From sequence record SRR31156797_11538: a stretch of DNA of 62,838 bases. One strand, 5' to 3'. The notes under the pieces are model-generated. The model made no database searches. It was not told the origin of the DNA and saw only the letters and a list, made by a program, of their open reading frames with translations. Positions 58,619-62,838 of this stretch are shown here, piece by piece (positions within the stretch are counted from its first letter, which is position 1; each line of letters begins with the position of its first letter). The translations under genes were made by a program, and so were the position numbers.

Positions 58619-58629
58619 AAGGAGATTCT

Positions 58630-60165
58630 ATGTTCTCCCCTCTTCCTACGCCCACCGAAATGTCCAATTGGGACAAAATCACCATCAATGAAATCGGCAT
58701 CAAAGGCGAAATCCTGATGGAAAACGCCGGACGTGAGGCTGTGTTTGCCCTGCTCAAAGGCTATGGCGAAGTATCAGGTACAAAGATTCTGATCATCGCC
58801 GGCTCAGGCAATAACGGCGGTGATGGCTTTGTTATGGGCCGCATGCTGGCTGACCTCGGTGCGGAAGTCCTGATTCTGCACACAGCTCCCAAGAGTAAGT
58901 ATAAAGGTGATGCAGCCTACATGCTTAAGGTTGCCGCAAGGCTGGGCGTGAACATGAAATTTTTCCGGGCTACGGAAAAGATTATTCTGCCGGAAGCGGA
59001 CATAATTGTTGATGCACTGCTCGGCACTGGATTTTCCGGGGAACTGCGTCCATTTGCTTATACAATCGTTGATGCAATCAACAAAGTGAAAAACAGTTTT
59101 ATTTTTTCGGTGGATATTCCTTCCGGCTTAAACGGTCTAACCGGACAGCCACAGCCTGTTGCAGTGCAAGCTCACATGACCGTAACTTTTGAAGAAGCTA
59201 AGATCGGGCTTGCTTTGCCACAGGCGGATGCATACACTGGCACTTTAGTGGTCACTCACATTGGCATCCCCAACGAGGTTAAATACAAATACCCAGCCAC
59301 ACATCAGCTGATCAGGGAGAATGCGCTTGAGTTCATTCCTGCGCCCTCCCCGGCCATGCATAAAGGAAGTTCTGGGCACGTATTGCTGGTTGGAGCATCC
59401 AAAGGGCTCACCGGGGCACTGCATCTGGCAGGAATCTCTGCCCTACGTGCCGGGGCCGGACTGGTGACCATGGCTTGCCCGGACGGACTGGCTACGGAAG
59501 TCAAAGCCGGAAAACCGGAATTGATGACGAAAGGGCTTGGTTCCGGCGATCAATGGAATGATCAAATGATCGCAGAACTGCTTTCGGAGCTTAAAAAATA
59601 CGATGCGCTGGTCATAGGACCGGGACTGGGACGCGACAAAGATGCGCTTGATCTGGTGGAAGCCGTAGTCAAAAACGGACATCCACCGGCTATATATGAC
59701 GCAGATGCTCTCTATGCTTTTGCCGAACGTCCACACCTGCTTGATTTAGTTGCCGAGAATTCCATACTGACTCCGCACCCCGGCGAAATGGCCCGTATGG
59801 TTAACAGCAATATCCCAGATGTGGAGGCGGACCGCATCGGCGCTGCCCGCGAATTTGCGACATCAAGCAAAACCTTGCTGGTACTCAAGGGAGCCGGGAC
59901 AATTATCGGCTGCCCGGATGGACAAGTTATTGTCTCCCCACTTTCCGCACCCAACCTTGCGGCAGCAGGGTCCGGGGACATTCTGGCTGGAATGGGCGGA
60001 GCTTTGTTGGCAAAAGGAATTCCTGCTATGCAAACTGCTTGTATCGCGGTATACTGGCATGGACTGGCAGGACAGTATCTGGCTGAAAATTTTCCGTATC
60101 GAGGAAACATAGCAACTGAAATAGCGGACGTGCTCCCCCAAGTTCTCAAGGAGGAATTATGTTGA
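58630..60165 (+). CDS. nnr: Bifunctional NAD(P)HX epimerase/dehydratase
   Basis: LMENAG, GSGNNGGDG, DALLGTG, DIPSG, HKG-GH, GPGLG, DADAL, TPHPGE and GSGDIL motifs. Confidence 0.94.
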   Translation: MFSPLPTPTEMSNWDKITINEIGIKGEILMENAGREAVFALLKGYGEVSGTKILIIAGSGNNGGDGFVMGRMLADLGAEVLILHTAPKSKYKGDAAYMLKVAARLGVNMKFFRATEKIILPEADIIVDALLGTGFSGELRPFAYTIVDAINKVKNSFIFSVDIPSGLNGLTGQPQPVAVQAHMTVTFEEAKIGLALPQADAYTGTLVVTHIGIPNEVKYKYPATHQLIRENALEFIPAPSPAMHKGSSGHVLLVGASKGLTGALHLAGISALRAGAGLVTMACPDGLATEVKAGKPELMTKGLGSGDQWNDQMIAELLSELKKYDALVIGPGLGRDKDALDLVEAVVKNGHPPAIYDADALYAFAERPHLLDLVAENSILTPHPGEMARMVNSNIPDVEADRIGAAREFATSSKTLLVLKGAGTIIGCPDGQVIVSPLSAPNLAAAGSGDILAGMGGALLAKGIPAMQTACIAVYWHGLAGQYLAENFPYRGNIATEIADVLPQVLKEELC

Positions 60166-60608
60166 AAGCCAAGGACATCATGACTTCCGGTGCTCTTACC
60201 CTCGAACCTGAGACCGATGTTGCAACCGCAGCCAAGCTTATGCTTGAAAAACACCTGAACGGCCTGCCTGTGGTAGACCGCAGCGGAAAGCTGATCGGGG
60301 TTCTCTGTCAGAGCGACCTTGTAGCACAGCAGAAAACCATCTCCATGCCTTCTCTGTTCACCATACTGGATGGTTTCATCTCCTTTTCCTCCAATGAGGA
60401 TCTTGAGCGTGAAGTAAACAAGATTGCGGCAACCAAGGTGGAACATGCCATGACACCTGATCCCATAACCATTGAACCCGACACGGGCATTGAAAAAATT
60501 GCCGATCTCATGGTTGAACGAAAGTTCTACACCCTGCCGGTTGTTGAAAACGGCAAGCTTGTCGGCGTTGTCGGTAAAGAAGACGTTTTAAAGGTTTTAG
60601 CTAAGTAA
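60159..60608 (+). CDS. CBS-pair protein
   Basis: KDIMT, GLPVVD, MT-PITI and LPVVENGKLVGVV motifs. Confidence 0.9.
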   Translation: MLKAKDIMTSGALTLEPETDVATAAKLMLEKHLNGLPVVDRSGKLIGVLCQSDLVAQQKTISMPSLFTILDGFISFSSNEDLEREVNKIAATKVEHAMTPDPITIEPDTGIEKIADLMVERKFYTLPVVENGKLVGVVGKEDVLKVLAK

Positions 60609-60610
60609 AA

Positions 60611-61105
60611 ATGAGTAATGATAAACTGATCATCAATCTGCCGGATGTGGAGGCGACCTTAAAACTCGGCTCCACTCTGGCTTCTTTTTTTCAGGAAACT
60701 AAAAAACTGGTCCCAATCTTCCTGAACGGAGACCTTGGAGCGGGAAAAACAACTTTTGTTCGCGCACTTGTAGAATCTTTTCCTGGTGCGCAAAACGCAG
60801 AAGTAAGTAGTCCCAGTTTCAATATTCTTAATATTTACCCCACAAAACCTCAGGTTGCGCATTTTGACCTCTATAGATTGGAAGGTCAGACACCTGATGA
60901 TGATTTCTTTGATCTGCTAAGTGATAAAAATACTTTGACAGTTGTAGAGTGGATTCAGTATCTGAATATTGAATTCTGGCCTGAAAGCGCACTGCTCTTC
61001 ACTTGGACCCCTGCCGCATCCGGCAGAAAAATAGAATTGACCCTGCATGGTTCAGCGACCTCCCTCTATGAAGAGCTTGCCTCATTTCTCAAGTCATTCC
61101 AATAA
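60611..61105 (+). CDS. tsaE: t6A biosynthesis ATPase
   Basis: GDLGAGKTTF, VSSPSF, HFDLYRL and VEW motifs. Confidence 0.95.
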   Translation: MSNDKLIINLPDVEATLKLGSTLASFFQETKKLVPIFLNGDLGAGKTTFVRALVESFPGAQNAEVSSPSFNILNIYPTKPQVAHFDLYRLEGQTPDDDFFDLLSDKNTLTVVEWIQYLNIEFWPESALLFTWTPAASGRKIELTLHGSATSLYEELASFLKSFQ

Positions 61106-61143
61106 TATCCGTTGAACTCATGTGGTAAGGAGATAATGTTCAG

Positions 61144-62382
61144 ATGAACATCGTAGTACAGAAATTCGGTGGAACCTCGGTCAGGAACCTCGAATGCATG
61201 AAGCAAGTACTGGAAAAAGTCATGGTGCCTTACGAAAAAGGCAACAAAGTTATCGTAGTCCTCTCCGCAATGGCCGGTGAAACAAACCGGTTGATTGATC
61301 TGGCCTATGAATGGTCCGAAACCCCGGACCTTGCCGAAATGGACTCTCTTGTATCCACCGGAGAACAGGTTTCCGTAGCCTTGTTTTCTATGCTTCTCAA
61401 AGATCGTGGAATCAAAGCCCGCTCTCTGCTCGGCTTTCAGATCCCCATTAAAACAGACTCTGATTATTCCCGCGCCCGTATCCTTGATATTGACAGCGAT
61501 AAAATCGAAGAAATGCTCCAGGAAAATGATATACTGGTCATGGCCGGTTTTCAGGGCTGCGACGAAAGTAAGCGAATTACCACCCTTGGTCGCGGCGGTT
61601 CCGATACATCCGCAGTTGCCATGGCCGCAGCGATCGAAGCTGATGTCTGTGAAATTTTTACTGATGTTCCGGGCGTATTCACTACCGACCCTAACATCTG
61701 TTCTCTAGCCCGTAAGCTGGACCACGTCTCCTATGACGAGATGCTCGAAATGGCCAGCATGGGTGCGAAAGTACTACAGATTCGTTCAGTTGAATTTGCT
61801 AAAAAATATAATGTTAAAGTTCATGTCCGCTCTACTTTCAGCGATGAGATCGGAACATACGTCACTCAGGAGGATAAAAATATGGAATCAGTACTTGTTT
61901 CCGGAATTGCATATGACAAGGATCAGGCCCGTGTAACTCTATCCAAAGTTAAGGATGAACCGGGCGTATCCGCAGCACTGTTCACTCCTCTTGCAGATGC
62001 TGGTATTCTGGTTGATATGATTGTCCAGAACCCCAGCCGTGACGGCCGCACTGACATGACCTTTACCATCCCCAGAGGCGATCTGAAAAAGACTCTGGAA
62101 ATTATTGATGAAATTAAAGACCCCATGGGGGCTCAGGACGTTCTGTACGATCAGCATGTTTGTAAAGTTTCCGTTATCGGTGTTGGAATGCGCAACCATT
62201 CCGGTGTTGCTTCCAAAGCATTTCAAGCCCTGCGTGACGAAAACATCAACATTCTAATGATCAGCACATCCGAAATTAAAATTACCTGCCTAATTGAAGA
62301 GAAATACACAGAATTGGCCATAAGAACGCTCCACAACACGTTCGGCCTCGATAAATCGGGGTCCGATGAAAACTCACTTTAG
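61144..62382 (+). CDS. lysC: Aspartate kinase
   Basis: VQKFGGTSV, TTLGRGGSD, TDV-GV-DP, and ACT domains with ISTSEIK. Confidence 0.96.
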   Translation: MNIVVQKFGGTSVRNLECMKQVLEKVMVPYEKGNKVIVVLSAMAGETNRLIDLAYEWSETPDLAEMDSLVSTGEQVSVALFSMLLKDRGIKARSLLGFQIPIKTDSDYSRARILDIDSDKIEEMLQENDILVMAGFQGCDESKRITTLGRGGSDTSAVAMAAAIEADVCEIFTDVPGVFTTDPNICSLARKLDHVSYDEMLEMASMGAKVLQIRSVEFAKKYNVKVHVRSTFSDEIGTYVTQEDKNMESVLVSGIAYDKDQARVTLSKVKDEPGVSAALFTPLADAGILVDMIVQNPSRDGRTDMTFTIPRGDLKKTLEIIDEIKDPMGAQDVLYDQHVCKVSVIGVGMRNHSGVASKAFQALRDENINILMISTSEIKITCLIEEKYTELAIRTLHNTFGLDKSGSDENSL

Positions 62383-62385
62383 CAA

Positions 62386-62838
62386 ATGAAACAAATAAAA
62401 ATATACGACACCACCCTGCGTGACGGCACACAGTCCGAAGAAATAAACTTAAGCGTACAAGATAAAGTGCGCATTACCCGCAAGCTGGACGACCTCGGCG
62501 TACATTACGTCGAGGGCGGCTGGCCCGGGTCCAATGCCACAGACAAGGAATTCTTTCAGGAAATCCAGAACTACGCTCTTAAAAACTGCAAAGTCTCCGC
62601 CTTCGGTTCAACTCATATGAACCGCCTTACTCCTGAAAATGATCCCAACTTGAATGCTCTGATTGAATCAGGAGCCAAGGCCATGTCCATTTTCGGTAAA
62701 ACATGGGATTTCCACGCCACCAGCGCGCTAGGTGTCACTCTGGAAAGAAATATTGAATTGATCAGCAACAGCGTCGGCTACCTGCGTCCGCATGTGGAAG
62801 AGCTGTTCTTTGATGCCGAACACTTCTTTGACGGCTTT
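62386..62838 (+). CDS. cimA: Citramalate synthase (partial, runs off the window)
   Basis: Not in the ORF track; translates MKQIKIYDTTLRDGTQSE...EGGWPGSN...FGST...FGKTWDFH...FDAEHFFDGF. Confidence 0.9.
   Translation, partial: MKQIKIYDTTLRDGTQSEEINLSVQDKVRITRKLDDLGVHYVEGGWPGSNATDKEFFQEIQNYALKNCKVSAFGSTHMNRLTPENDPNLNALIESGAKAMSIFGKTWDFHATSALGVTLERNIELISNSVGYLRPHVEELFFDAEHFFDGF

Overview
Chromosomal window of a Desulfovibrionaceae sulfate reducer. The assignment is inferred from the Cys/His-LID adenylate kinase, the precorrin-2 dehydrogenase-ccsA-hemA block, Rex-type operators and the GCC(T/C)CGGCG intergenic repeats. Most of it is core housekeeping: dapL, folK, xerD, tRNA nucleotidyltransferase, mutS, lysA, rsmE, rarA, hemA, tilS, adk, mgtE, nadCAB, trkAH, rpsT, glyQS, recO, SurA-type PPIases, mfd, ugd, pdxJ-acpS-nnr-tsaE-lysC-cimA. 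No rRNA, tRNA, CRISPR or transposase was recognised. The most notable observations are: (1) a K+ channel-RCK-hemerythrin fusion with intact di-iron ligands, a candidate O2-gated channel, abutting an AlkD-like gene; (2) a dif-like XerCD site at 6274-6301 with KOPS-like octamers pointing at it, so the window probably spans the replication terminus; (3) folK has no ATG/GTG/TTG upstream of its essential N-terminal motif, implying a non-canonical start or a dapL-folK frameshift; (4) an intact transaldolase-fold ORF that has lost its catalytic residues; (5) a tandem gamma-carbonic-anhydrase-like protein; (6) Rex-like boxes at adk and upstream of nadCAB. All calls come from reading the sequence and recalled motifs; no searches were run.
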